A DNA stretch of 64,000 nt, taken from assembly GCA_036785375.1 (NCBI GenBank), contig JAWMAR010000603.1, positions 558,001 to 622,000 of the forward strand, given 5' to 3'. Origin of the DNA: Leucoraja ocellata. Lineage: Eukaryota. The notes under the pieces were generated by a model. It did not search any database, was not told where the DNA came from, and was given only the letters and a program-made list of their open reading frames with translations. Position numbers and translations under genes: made by a program. This document shows positions 38,715 through 51,141 of the stretch, in pieces; the stretch's first letter is position 1; each line of letters opens with the position of its first letter.

Positions 38715-39935
38715 AAACCCAAATGTTGCTGTACTTGGCGAAGTGTGGCCTGTCCCTCCCTCCTACGCCACAGGGATCACCCGGGCCGTCTTCCACTTCA
38801 TCTGGGGGTCGAGGATGGACCGGGTGCGACAGGCCACAATGCACAAGTCGGCAGACAACGGAGGCAAAAGCGTGCCCAATAACGCTCTCACCCTGATGAC
38901 CACTTTCGTGTGTGGCTGCATCAGACGGAGCGTAGAGCCAAGTGTCACTACCTGCTACCTGTCCCCGTTGTTCCGAAGGATGGGCCTGGCACAGACGCCA
39001 CGAAATGTGCCAGTCAGCTGGACATTGCTGCACCATCTGTCGCTCGTGGAAAGGTTCTTCCGGACCAACACCTTTGACCACAGGTCCATCGGGCAGTGGT
39101 CAGCATGGAACGTCCTGCAGGCACTGCAGGGAAATGACTCGATGGATCCTGTGGCATGGTTCCCAGAGCAGACTGCCCAGCTTGTCTGGCGAAATGCCTC
39201 ATTGCTAGAACTCACCAACAAGTAACAAGACCTGGCTTGGCTGGCAGTGAGGGGAGCCCTCCCCATCAGATCCCTCCTGCACCATCGGAACCTCACTGCC
39301 AGTGCACGCTGACCTTGGGACGGCTGCTGTGGAGAGGAGATGGTTGCCCACGTCTTTGCAGAGTGTGGCTTTGCAAAGCGAGTCTGGAGAGGTCTGTAAG
39401 GGTCCTTCACGATTTATTCCGAACAGCTCTGCCACAGAGGACTCTGTGATTTACGGACTGTTCCCAGGGATGCATTCAGAGACTGACATCGAATGTTGCT
39501 GGACGGTCATCAACTCGGTGAAAGACGCTCCTTGTTCTGCCCGAGCTTTGTTGATCTCCCAGCGGAGCAAGATATCTGTCCGGGAATTTTGCCGACTCTC
39601 CCGCTGCAGACTGCAGGAGTACTTGCTGAGGGACGCACTGAAGCTCAGTGTAGCCAACGCCAAGGCTCGGTGGAGGAGGACCACAGTCTAAGATCCTTCC
39701 GCTGCTAGATATGGGGGGGGCAGGGTGTGGTGGAGACACCCCTCAAAAATAAGGGAAGGGATTCCACACCAGTGGGCCACATGGGTGGTAAGGGTGGGGG
39801 ATAAATTTGTGTAAACAGAATTGAATGTTTGTATATCCTCCGAGAATGTCGGAGGCTTTACAAACATCTCCGAGGGATGAATTTTTTGCACAGTTCCTGT
39901 ATTGTATATTTTTATTACTTGAATAAAATGAAAAA
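38715..39935 (+). mobile_element. Tx1/L1-clade LINE 3' fragment (post-RT region, CCHC zinc knuckle, 3' UTR)
   Basis: AVFHFIWGSRMDRV..GG.SVPN, then WLAVRGALP...C.GEE..AHVFAECGFAKRVW with stops and a frameshift. G-rich UTR and AATAAA at 39922. Confidence 0.88.
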
Positions 39936-40342
39936 ATGTTTAATTGTTCTGTTCATTGGATAAACAGGAACACCCATATTCTAAATACATGCTAAAGAGT
40001 GGCTCTCGGTCTCAGCTAGGCTGCTGTTCTGTTCTTCAAATTAGAAACAAAGAACTGCAGATGTTGGTTAATACACAAAAGTACATAAAGGAAGAAGGGA
40101 CGAAGGGTCTCGACCCAAAACGATACTTATCCATGTTCTCTAGATATGCTGTCTGACCTGCTGAATAACTACAGCACTTTGGGTCCTTTGGTTTTAAACA
40201 TACATTTATCATGGTGACCATCATAACCTGGGGATATACAAACCATTTCATAGGTTAAGTCGAAGTGGATTCTGCTATAAGACATCAAATATTGCTCTGC
40301 AAAGAGGCCTTATCATGAAAAGAGATATTTACTTTAATACAA

Positions 40343-40434
40343 GGTAGACAAAAATGCTGGAGAAACTCATCGGGTGAAGCAGCATCTATGGAGAGAAGGA
40401 ATAGGCAACGTTTCGGGTCGAGACCCTTCTTCAG
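40343..40434 (-). mobile_element. Single-arm Penelope terminal-repeat insert with intact hammerhead core
   Basis: Minus strand reads CTGAAGAAGGGTCTCGACCCGAAACGTT. Flanks ACTTTAAT(A/G)CAA at 40331-40342 and 40435-40446. Confidence 0.8.
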
Positions 40435-42509
40435 ACTTTAATGCAACACCATTCACATCCATTTCAAGACACTTGTAATGTGTTTTTATAGCTAATCAAA
40501 TACTTCTGATGTTAGTCACTGCAATGCAATTTAGTGCAATGTTGAAGTAGGAATAATGAAGCATGTGGCCATGCCAAAGAGGAAAGTGATGTAAACAATG
40601 CGGAATTAGTTGAGGAAATATAACAGACAAGAAGACTGATCCTTCCAGTCTGGACCAGATACCATGGATATTATTCTAAGGAATGATATATTCATTCTCA
40701 ACACAGTTAAGCACACAGACACTATAAAATAGACAAAATTAATTTAGTCTGATTTGCCATATTCTCTTCCCTCGGGGGCTTAATTGTTTCAAAAGTATGA
40801 GGATAATTCAGTACATTTTCTACACGATTTCTCTCATGAAAAGTCTAAATGTGCAGGCTCTCTTCTGAATTTCACTAACAGCTTTGGTAATATTAAGCAT
40901 CCTTCTGGTTTACAACATAATGACCTAACACAAAGTCACCCACATGCAATTGTGTCGTACCTGGCTGGTTCTGCACGCTTTCAGCAAACCAAAAGTTACT
41001 TGAGCAGGGATGAGCTGGATGTGCTTTACCTTGGGAGACAGATGATTCATTTTCATCAGGGACATGTCATTGCTCCTGGTTACTCTATTAACATGTTCAC
41101 TGATCTGTCTAACAACAGAACTTTAGGCTGTGATCCGAGCTTAATGCCTCCGAAGAATAATGTGACCATTCATAAGAGACGCTCTCACTGATCTTCGGCC
41201 ATGAAAGCTCTATTCCAGATGCTGAATGATTCTCCCCAAATGCCACTGTCGACTGCAGTATAGATTACTATTTACTTAGGAATGATTTTCTGATCCAGCT
41301 ATTCTATGCATAACTTTTTTGTGCATTCTGCATAAACCCACTAGTTCTTAGAAAATAGGCAGGTAACAATTTCCAGTTGCAAATGGACCCTCAATTAACA
41401 TTGTAAAAATGTCAAGGCTAAACTGGCATTGCCAGGAACAGCAAGTGGTAAATTAGTAAGTACAGGTTTGACTCTGTTTATTATTTGCAAGGTGAGAATA
41501 ACTTAATGTAACTTAGTGTAATACAAAAGCATGTCATTCACCAAATGAGTCTACTGAATAAAGAGATTGATTACTATTGATTACTATACTGCATATTTGA
41601 AGAAGAGCCAGTTAGCGTCAAGGCAGCTATGCATGACATTAATTTAGCAATATTTTGTGGATTGTATACCAACGCACAGAAAAAAACAGCTTGCGTTTCT
41701 GAAGTTCAATGAGAATTTTACTCAAAGAATAGCGGTATAATATAAATTTCACTTACAAGTTGTAGCAGGGTTTCTTTGCATGAATGTAAAAATCCTCTTT
41801 GTATTAGTGTTTTCCCACTTCTTGGGTTCTGGAAGTGCTTAATTTCTGCAGTAAATAATTTTGGAAGTATTATGTAAGGTATTACGTTAAAATACAACTT
41901 AAATGTCTTTGGAGATGCCTGCTGTGTGAAATGCGTTACGTTTGTTTTGTGTGCTGTAACCAAGAGCTTAAAAGTAGAATGGAAAATCTGTTATTGCCAA
42001 AACACTATTGGTCATTAGCCAATTCAGCCAATTGAAACTTTCCCCATAGATTTGGAACCAAATGTGTTTTGAATTCCTTTACTGAAATTGTATTTTTATC
42101 ATTTAGTATCATTTTGAGTAAGAGAATTCTTCCTGGTATTTCATTTTATCCAAATTCACTTGTTCCTGTATAAATTCGGAATAAATTTCTATGTTTTTTT
42201 CTAAATTGAAATAATATCCTTGGCTTAGAAATGCCATTTAACATTTTAAATCTTAACTATAACCACTTTCTCCTAAACTACAAAGCCCCGGCATTTTTAA
42301 CATGTCCTCCTGGTTCCTTCTCCTTTGGATTTGAATGTCTTATTGTATTTACATCCTTTTTGTTTCAAAGCAACCTGATGAGAAGAATGCTTAATTTTCT
42401 TATTCTTATTCTTATTAAAGAATTCTTATTAAAGAATTCTTATTAAAATTCTTATAATCCTTACAACTGTGAAGACACTTTGTTACAGAGTTCCATCGCA
42501 TCACATTTA

Positions 42510-42829
42510 AGTAAGACCTGAGTGATCTCCTGGACAAGTGTCGATCGCCTAGATTGGGGTCGGAGAGGAATTTCCCGGATTTTTTTCCCGAATTGGACCT
42601 GGGTTTTTATCCGGTTTTTTGCCTCCCCCAGGAGATCACGAGGTTCTTGGGGTGGAGAGGGGTGATAGCGGTATAAAGGGGAGGGTAGTGTCTTGTGTTC
42701 TGTGTCTTGTGTCTACTGTTTGTGGGTAAGTGTGTCTGTTTAGTGTTCAGCCATGAGCGAATGGCGGTGCGGGCTCGATGGACCTGGTGGTCTGCTCTCG
42801 CACCTACTTTCTATGTTTCTATGTTTCTA
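42510..42829 (+). mobile_element. CR1 3' UTR of a distinct subfamily, or a CR1-tailed SINE
   Basis: GGGGTCGGAGAGGAATTT...TTTTTTGCCTCCC body with a variant tail stem-loop and (TTTCTATG)n end. Confidence 0.75.
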
Positions 42830-42889
42830 ATGTACCGAATATGTTGTAAAGCCTTAACGTTTCCTTTATACATAGATAGGCCTTTACAT

Positions 42890-43010
42890 TTACATTTTTT
42901 CGAATATGCAAGAAAACCAGAGCACGCAGAAGAAATCCACACAGTCACAAGAAAAACTTACAAACTACACAGACAGTGCCTGAGGTCAGGATTGAACCAG
43001 AATATCGAGG
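42890..43010 (-). mobile_element. Old V-domain SINE (HE1-like) fragment
   Basis: Reverse strand reads GGTTCAATCCTGACCTCAGG...TGTGTAGTTTG...GTGCTCTGGTTTTCTTGCA (B box plus V-domain-like sequence). Confidence 0.55.
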
Positions 43011-43079
43011 CACTATCTTAAGTACTTAGGGACTAGGTGGGGGTTGATAATAAGGATTGCAGAGGTTACATATGGTCAA

Positions 43080-43520
43080 AGTCATAGAGCACGGAAACAT
43101 TTGGCCTACCTTGCCTTCGCCAACTAAGATGGCTACACCCACACGAATCTTCACTGCCCATATTTGGCCATATACATCTATCCTATAATGAATCTGTTCA
43201 AATGTCTTTTAAATGTTGTTATAGCAGCTGCCTCAACCACCTCTTCTAGCAGCTCGTTCCATATACCCGCCACCCTCTGTGTGAAAAAGTTGCCCGTCAG
43301 ATTTCTATTGAATAGAAACATAGAAAATGGATGCAGGAGTAGACCATTCGGCCCTTCGAGCCAGCACCGCCATTCAATATGATCATGGCTGATCATCCAA
43401 AATTAGTACCCCGTTCCTGCTTTTTCCCCATATCTCTTGAATCCGTTAGCCCTAAGAGCTATATCTTGCTCTCTCTTGAAAACATCCAGTGAATTGGCCT
43501 CCACTGCCTTCTGTGACAGG
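43080..43520 (-). mobile_element. Two adjacent CR1 3' fragments
   Basis: GNFFTQRVAGIWNEL at 43180-43300; a second copy with its tail at 43312-43520. Confidence 0.85.
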
Positions 43521-45184
43521 GAATATTTCTGCTCTCATCTTAACTTTCCCCTCTCATCTCAAAGAGAGTGAAATTGCACTCCAGCTCAGCTGCAGGGAAC
43601 TCGGCAGCCCACTTCAGTGGATCAGACAACAGGAAAAGTTGATGAAATGCTTAATTTACTGGAAAGTCTGTCATGCAGGAACAGGCAAGAGTCCGGCACC
43701 ACATGGAATTAAGTGTAGGTGTCGAAGCCCTTCATGGAAGGAAGGTGACATAATATCTTTCAGCTCATCCGTGAAACTCTCCATGCAATGGAACAAGCAT
43801 CCACACATGTGAGTGTGCTGCCTGCAGCAAAAGAGGCTGCAGTAATGGGATCTTGGCCAGGGATCACCCTAGATAATATGCAGATTAGGAGCGGGAGGAG
43901 CCTGCTCTACAATTCAATAACATTTTGGTGATTGGACCATAACCTCAACTTCAAATTTCCTCTAGTCGACCATTCTATTTCTCTTTCCACACATGCTGCC
44001 CGACTTGCAGGGTGTTTCTAACATTTCCTTTTTTTTATCACTGAATAAACCTTGTCTGCATTATTTCCAATTTGTTGATATCCTTTCATTAAAGAAAGAG
44101 ACTAATGTCATGGATTCATCACCTGAGGTATCACAGCACCCACCAACATCTTTCCAATTGATCAGGAAGATGGTCATTGATTTTGTATTAATGGAGGGAG
44201 GACAGTGTTGGGAAGGGAGAGAAACAGGAATGTTGGTGAATGCCAGATTGCACTTGAGGTTACTGGCATCAGCATTGTTTTGAGTTTATATGATCCGGGC
44301 AAATTGAGCTTTCTACATTGTACCTCCCGTTATGTTCCTGTTCCTGTTCCCTCTTTTCCCATTGCATTCTGTCTTCCTCAGTTTAATCTTCCTCCACCCA
44401 CCCCTCCACTCCTCAAATAAGCTGCTGCAATAAGGGATGATCCTCAGAATGAACAGATTGAAGAGGTTACAGATGACCAGCACAAACCCATACAACTGCC
44501 CTACTGTGTCAGTCAAAGTTCATTCAGAAATATAGCTTGTAGCTGCTTATTGTACAGTCTACGTTGTTCTTCGAGCATGGTGGCTTTTACTGGACAGCTG
44601 CCAAGCACGTGAATGAAGTCTTAGAATGGAGATCTGAATCACATCGTCAGAGGATAACTCTTGTTCCCAATAGCCAGCCTTGAACTTGCTGCAGTGAGGT
44701 ATATATAAACCTAACAGAGCACTCTTACATGCTGCAGGAACCGAGGCTGTTGCAAGGATAACCTGCGCCTGTGATCACTTGCATGAACAAAATGTAAGGC
44801 AATGTGCATAGTGTCAGTGACACCCTGCACTAAATCTGTGCTCACCCTTGAGGTTTCTCCATCTGTTTATTACTGGCAAGAGGGAATGAAATAAAGCTGT
44901 CTCTCTCCGTACAGAACGCCTCAGGGACATTCCTCAATTACCCAAATGCTGCAAACTGCATGAAGTTGCTTCTGTCACCAGCAGCCACCTGGAGGGAGAG
45001 AGAAACACAGAATTCAAGAGCCATGGTTACATTAATAGTCACAATTAACATGATTTTGTCCTGTCCTGGATTAGCTGTTGTGGCTGCAACATTTGGCATT
45101 GATCGATACCATCCCTTTATTGAGGAGAAAGCATTGGTATTGATGTCTGATTATCACATGTTCTGAAATACATTGAAAAGATTA

Positions 45185-45795
45185 TTGTGCGCTATCCAGT
45201 CAAATCATTCTGTACTTGACTACAATCAAGCCATATACATGTAGTGCAGAGAAGAGTGTTGCAACTGAGTTCAGAATATATAGTGTTACAGCATTATAGT
45301 ATTACAACTACAGAGAAAAAAATTCAAGTGAGTTAGGTCAGAAGATCAAGTCTACACCATAACTTATGGGAGGACTGTTCGGTTGTCTGATAACAGCAGG
45401 TAAGAAGCTGTTCCTGAATCTGGTGGTATGTGCTTTTAAGCTTTCTATCTTCTAGCTGATGGGAGAAGGGTGGAGATGGAATGATCAGGGTAGAAAGGGT
45501 CCTGGATTATGTTGGCTGCTTTCCTGAGGCAGCTTGAAATGTAAGAGTCGGCTAGTCTGTGTGATGGGCTGGACTATATCCACAACTCTCTGAAATTTCT
45601 CAAAGTCCTGGGCAGAGCAGTTGCCAAACCAAGCTGTGATGCATCCTGCTAGGATGCTTTCCACAGTGTACCTGTGGAATTTGGTTGGGGTCGATGAAGC
45701 CAAACCAAATTTTCTTAGTCTTCGGAGCAGTAGAAACGTTGGTGTGCTTTCTTGGACGAGGTTTTAATGTGGTTGGTCCAGGACAAATTGGCAAA
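45185..45795 (-). mobile_element. Rex1/Babar-like LINE 3' fragment
   Basis: ORF 45485-45703 reads FHRYTVESILAGCITAWFGNCSAQD, a Rex1-type C-terminal motif. Confidence 0.75.
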
Positions 45796-46019
45796 GCATC
45801 TAAAGCAGTTGTCCATTCCGTAGATAAGGTATGAGAACAGTTCCTGATAATCTGTGGTGCTTAGACTTTCTTTTGGGAGCTTCTCATCTTCTCTATCTTG
45901 TCCTCTATTCTAGCAGTTTATCCTCTGTTACTTCCCAGCTGTGCTCAATTCCAGGGTGAAGGTGCACTTGGCACTTCTGTCCTAACCGTGCTGTAACACA
46001 GTTCCTAAACAACCATAAA

Positions 46020-46250
46020 AGTCAATACCTCAACTTCTACAGATGTGCCATAGAAAGCATGCTGTCAGGTTGCATAACAGCTTGTTTTGGAAACAGCTCT
46101 GCCCAGGATAACAGTTGTAGATGTAGCCCAGTCCATCACACAGATCAGACATCATACCATTGACTCCATCTGCACGTTACACTGCCTTTGAATAGCAGGC
46201 AAAACAAAGCTTCTCAATGTACCCCATTACATGTGACAATAATAACCTTA
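46020..46250 (+). mobile_element. Rex1/Babar-like LINE 3' fragment
   Basis: Reads FYRCAIESMLSGCITACFGNSSAQD; tail ACATGTGACAATAA. Confidence 0.7.
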
Positions 46251-47758
46251 AACTGATGAATGGATAGGAAATGTGTAGGAAGGAACTGCAAATGCTGGTT
46301 TAAACTGAAGATAGACACAAAATGCTGAAATAACTCAGGGGGGGGGGGGGGGACACAAAATGCATTCCCTTAATAAATGTTTCCAATAAAACAAAAGCCA
46401 CAAAAACAAGCCCTGCTCAAAACTAAACATATTATAGTTCCCAGTGATTTTCCTGATATGTGCGACTTGAAGCACATAAAAAGCTTGTGAGGATGAGTTA
46501 TATAGTATAACCACACACATTTCTGTTTATTCTTCCATAATTAGCACACCTACTGTGTCCCAGAATTATTAGAATTTTCTTTTTTTTTTTGATGCTTTGT
46601 TCACTTTCATCTATTTGTGCATCTCATTGGCATTGATTTTTCTGTCTCACAGAAAGAGTCTCAACATACAAATATTTGAGGGTGTGTGCTCATGTTCTCC
46701 AGTCTGAATTCAGATGCATATGGCAGATGATGTACAAGTGCAACAAAGAAAGGCAACACTATACATATGGAGGGAATGAAGAAGACATTCATTGGGCTGT
46801 TGAAATAGTGCCAGAATCATTCAAGAGAAGACTCATGAGAAGGAAGTGTCATAACAGCATCCTTTGCCTTCTCTTCAGGCAGTGGTTCCATCCTTTCTGT
46901 ATCTTCCTGTGGAGGCTCAAAACTCCTCCATCTCCTTCAAACCTTCACAGCAAGTCACCTTGCAAGACTTGTGTGACTATCATGAGTTTAGCCAAGTTAT
47001 ATTGTGGAAGCCCCTTGTGGTAGAAGTACGTCTGCAGTTGATAGTTAGTTGTATGTTCAACACCTACTCTGGTGTATGAATAACACACTTCATAAATGTT
47101 TCCAATAAAATAAAACCTACAAAAAAACAAGCTGTAGGTTGAAGTTAAACGAGTTCAAGACAAGATTTTTAAGCCTTCTTTCATCTCCCTCTAGTATAAA
47201 CACCTGTATAGAGTTGTTGAGTTGAATGTTCATCCTCTGTGCTGAAAATAACATGTCTAGTCATCTATTTATTATTTTTATTTCTCTCTCCAGGTCTTCT
47301 ACAAAAGGAACATTTCCAAGAACCTCAGCAGGTGCACACAATCAATAATGTATTTCTGAGCCATAATTCAAATGTTCTCCAGTTTGATCCTAGATTTGTT
47401 CTGAGTTACCTGAACCCAGCTGGTAGCAGTTGGCTATTATAATTGGCCAAGTCTGACCAAAGAGCAAACAATATAAAGGGAACATAAATTCTTTATTCCT
47501 TCTGTCCAACCCACCCTTCCCTATCTCCTCTCTGACATGCTACATGAAAGCTGTGATGATGAAATTGCTTCCTAACGTTCACTAGCAGAATATTCTGAGG
47601 TTTGTAAAACTGCGCTCCAGTACCTTCGAGGAGAGAGTAAAGAGAGGCAGAGAAAAGCAGTTGGTGCATTAACTGAGAAGTACCGCTGATTTCTTAATTT
47701 AATGTTCCTTAACAAAGACTTTGAAATTCAATGGTGCTGATGGAAGCATGCGAGTAAA

Positions 47759-48350
47759 GAGCAAACTTTACCTCCCCCCTCGACTCCGTTCAAGGACCCA
47801 AGCAATCGTTCCAGGTGCGACAGAGGTTTACCTGCATCTCTTCCAACCTCATCTATTGCGTCCGCTGCTCTAGATGTCAGCAGATCTATATCGGTGAGAC
47901 CAAGCGGAGGTTGGGCGATCGTTTCGCCGAACACCTCCGCTCGGTCCGCAATAACCAAGCTGACCTCCCGGTGGCTCAGCACTTCAACTCCCCCTCCCAC
48001 TCCGTCTCCGACCTCTCTGTCCTGGGTCTCCTCCATGGCCACAGCGAGCAGCACCGGAAATTGGAGGAACAGCACCTCATATTCCGTTTGGGGAGTCTGC
48101 ATCCTGGGGGCATGAACATCGAATTCTCCCAATTTTGTTAGTCCTTGCTGTCTCCTCCCCTTCCTCAGCCCCCCTGCTGTCTCCTCCCATCCCCCAGCCT
48201 TCGGGCTACTCCTCCTTTTCCCTTTCTTGTCCCCACCCACCCCGCCCCCGATCAGTCTGAGGAAGGGTTTCGGCCCGAAACGTTGCCTATTTCCTTCGCT
48301 CCATAGATGCTGCTGCACCCGCTGAGTTTCTCCAGCTTTTTTGTGTAACC
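47759..48350 (+). mobile_element. Young 5'-truncated Penelope-like element with open GIY-YIG endonuclease domain and terminal repeat
   Basis: ORF 47815-48141 reads NLIYCVRCSRCQQIYIGETKRRLGDRFAEH...LEEQHLIFRLGSLHPGGMN (IY-CxxC-YIG, catalytic R, E and N). 10-bp duplication TGCGAGTAAA at 47749-47758 and 48351-48360. Confidence 0.93.
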
Positions 48351-50089
48351 TGCGAGTAAAACATGTTGGTTGTTGGGGAGTTGTTCAAATTTAACAGTGC
48401 CTGAGGCCCAATAAAGTAGCGTTATGAAACATAGCTTACTAAAGAATAGTCTTCCCATTGTCCACCTGCACCTGCCATACAAAATAAATGGATAAATATG
48501 GTGCTCGGGCTGGACTTAAGTTACTATGGGGAAGGGGAAGGTGGTGAGGATTCAGTCAGGGATCAGAAGTGGAGGTTGAAGAGAGGATTGGCTGTTGGTG
48601 ATTAGTACTCGTGGGACTTATGATGGGCACTTGGGCATGGTGAGGGGTCAATGAAGAGGTTGGAGAGTTGAGAATCTCTGATCACCAGCGAGATTGTTGG
48701 GAGATCAGAATCTGGGGTTCAGAAGATTCAGGCATAGGGGATGTAAAGTCCACATCAGGAGCCAAGGAGAGTTCTAGAGTGGATGGGCTTCAAAATACTG
48801 AGTAAAGTCGATCATTTACAAACATCCTTCATTCATGAGATAGACAGGAGCCATCCATACACAAGAACATTCAATAAAGTCAGGCTGGCCTCAGCTCCGC
48901 TCTGTGCCCGATCTCCATAGCGCTCAATCCTTCAAACATGTATGTACCCACACTTTTATATTCTTCTCATGATCCCAGCCTTCACAATACTCCCTGGGAG
49001 AGAATTATAGAGATACACACCCTCTATGTGTAAACATTTCAGATGCACCTCAGTTTGAAACAACCAAACTTCATCTTGAAACTATGTCCCCTCATTTGAG
49101 ACTCTCCCTCTTGAAACATTCCAACATCTGCTTTGTCATGTCCCCATAGGATCTTATAATGTTCATTCAGATCACCCCTCATTCTTCTAAGCTCCAAAAA
49201 AACACCGAACCTATTTAAGGCTCTTGAGGAACAATTTACTCAATTTGCCTGACAAATCTCTTTTGGATTGCCCCCATTGATGCTACTGTATATCCTTTCT
49301 TAGGTAATGGAACCAAAACTATGTGCATTTATATTTGTTTTCTTTCCAACAACTTTTCTCAAGCTTCCTGTCCCTGAAAATATTTGCCACATTAAGCAAC
49401 AATTAGTTACATAAAGCAATCCTTAGATTGATGACAACATTAAAAGAACATTTAATATGCAGAGGCCACAATACCTATGACACATATGTTACACTCATCC
49501 TCGAATACCTCCGCAACTGGTCCATGGCAGGCACTATCTCCCTGGAACACCTGGATAACAAAGGCATCTGCACCAGATTCCTATTTATTAATCATAGCTC
49601 ATCCTTCAGCTCCACCTTCACGCTAACCTGAGAAAGGAACTAGAGACAAAGCTTCGAGATAAGGGGTTGATCATTTAAAACTGATACATGTGGACATTTC
49701 TCTTGCGGAGGGTAATTAATTGTTAAAATTCTCTACTGCCAAGAAGGATTTCTCACATAACACCACTATTGTCGTGGTACCAACACTGCAGCAGGTCTAT
49801 GGGGTTCTCTAGCACCTTTGGAACTGTGCGTTTGCCAAATTATCCACATCCTTAGGACAAATAGAAGAATATTCCAACTGTTCATTTGCCCCCAGTAGAT
49901 GCTGCCTGACCCACTGAGCTCATCCAGCTGTTTGTTTATTTGCAGAACATTCCTGTTGCTATAGCAAACCTGACTGGGTTAAGCTAATTTTATATATTAA
50001 GCACTTATTCCTAATCAGACAGCAACCAATAGTTGATTATTCCCAATACATTCAGGCATGACAAAGCTTTGATTCTCATTTACCTTTGT

Positions 50090-50430
50090 TTCAGAAGGGA
50101 AGTCGAGCTAATGAAGGAAATTATAGGTCGGTGAACCTCAGGTCGGTGGTAGGGAAGCTATTGGAGAGGATGCTTTGGGATAGGACATTTGGAAGAGAAT
50201 GGGATAATTAAGGACAGTCGACATATCTATGTCTGCAGCGTGTCCTGTTTCAGTAAATTGATTGATTTTTTTGAGGAGGTGATGATGGTGATTCATGAGG
50301 ACAGGCAGTGAATATTGTTAACTTGGATTTTGATTAAGCACTTGATGTAGGCTGATCCAGAAGATTAAGATGTATGGGATCCATTGTGACTTGGGGCGTG
50401 TGGATTCAGATCTGATTTAACTATAGAAGG
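50090..50430 (+). mobile_element. Old CR1 reverse transcriptase fragment
   Basis: GNYRSVNLRSVVGKLLE-like stretch colinear with about 710-1030. Confidence 0.65.
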
Positions 50431-50762
50431 CATGTAGAGGACAGTTTTATTTCTATTTAAAATTTTAGTCCATCGTGGTTTGCTTTAAAATCAATTCGAG
50501 CAAGCGGCACAGAAATGTTAACAGGATTACCTTTTCCAGGAGAACCTTATCACTGAGGCGCTTCAGTTACAGACTCACACAATTTGCATTGGTCTTCATT
50601 CTATTCATGTACCTGAGTTTTGCCTACTATCACAATTCCATGCACTTGTCCACACTGGGTCCCTGGTGGTGGTCCTGAAACAGTCCAAATTGTACTCACC
50701 CTTGCAAACTACTAGCGCTCCATGATCTGTGGCTGTGGCAACCAAAGGGCAAATATCTGTTG

Positions 50763-51141
50763 TAGAAACATAGAAAATAAGTGCAGGAGTAGGCCATTTG
50801 GCCCTTCGAGCCAGCACTGCCATTCAATATGATCATGGCTGATCATCCAATATGAGGAGAAGGCAGGAACGGGGTACTGATCGTGGATGATCAGCTATGA
50901 TCACATTGAATGGCGGTGCTGGCTCGAAAGGCCGAATGGCCTACTCCTGCACCTACTGTCTATTAGTCAAGCATGATTTCCCCTTCATAAATCCATGCTG
51001 ACTGACCGATCCTGTCACTGCTTGTCACTGCTATTACATCTTTAATAATCAACTTAAACATCTTCCAATGTCAGGCTAACTGGTCCATAATTCCCTGTTT
51101 TCTCTCGCCCTCTTTTCTTAAAAAGTGGGGTTACATTAGCT
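50763..51141. mobile_element. CR1 composite: minus tail, plus tail, then a minus RT fragment
   Basis: 50763-50850 is the reverse complement of the CR1 tail, 50853-50962 is a forward tail, and 50965-51141 matches about 665-855 reversed. Confidence 0.8.

Noticed and set aside
40784-41191. 135-aa ORF
   Set aside because: Non-ATG start, no recognisable domain and no convincing exon boundaries.
47728-48318. 196-aa minus-strand ORF
   Set aside because: Antisense shadow of the Penelope GIY-YIG frame.
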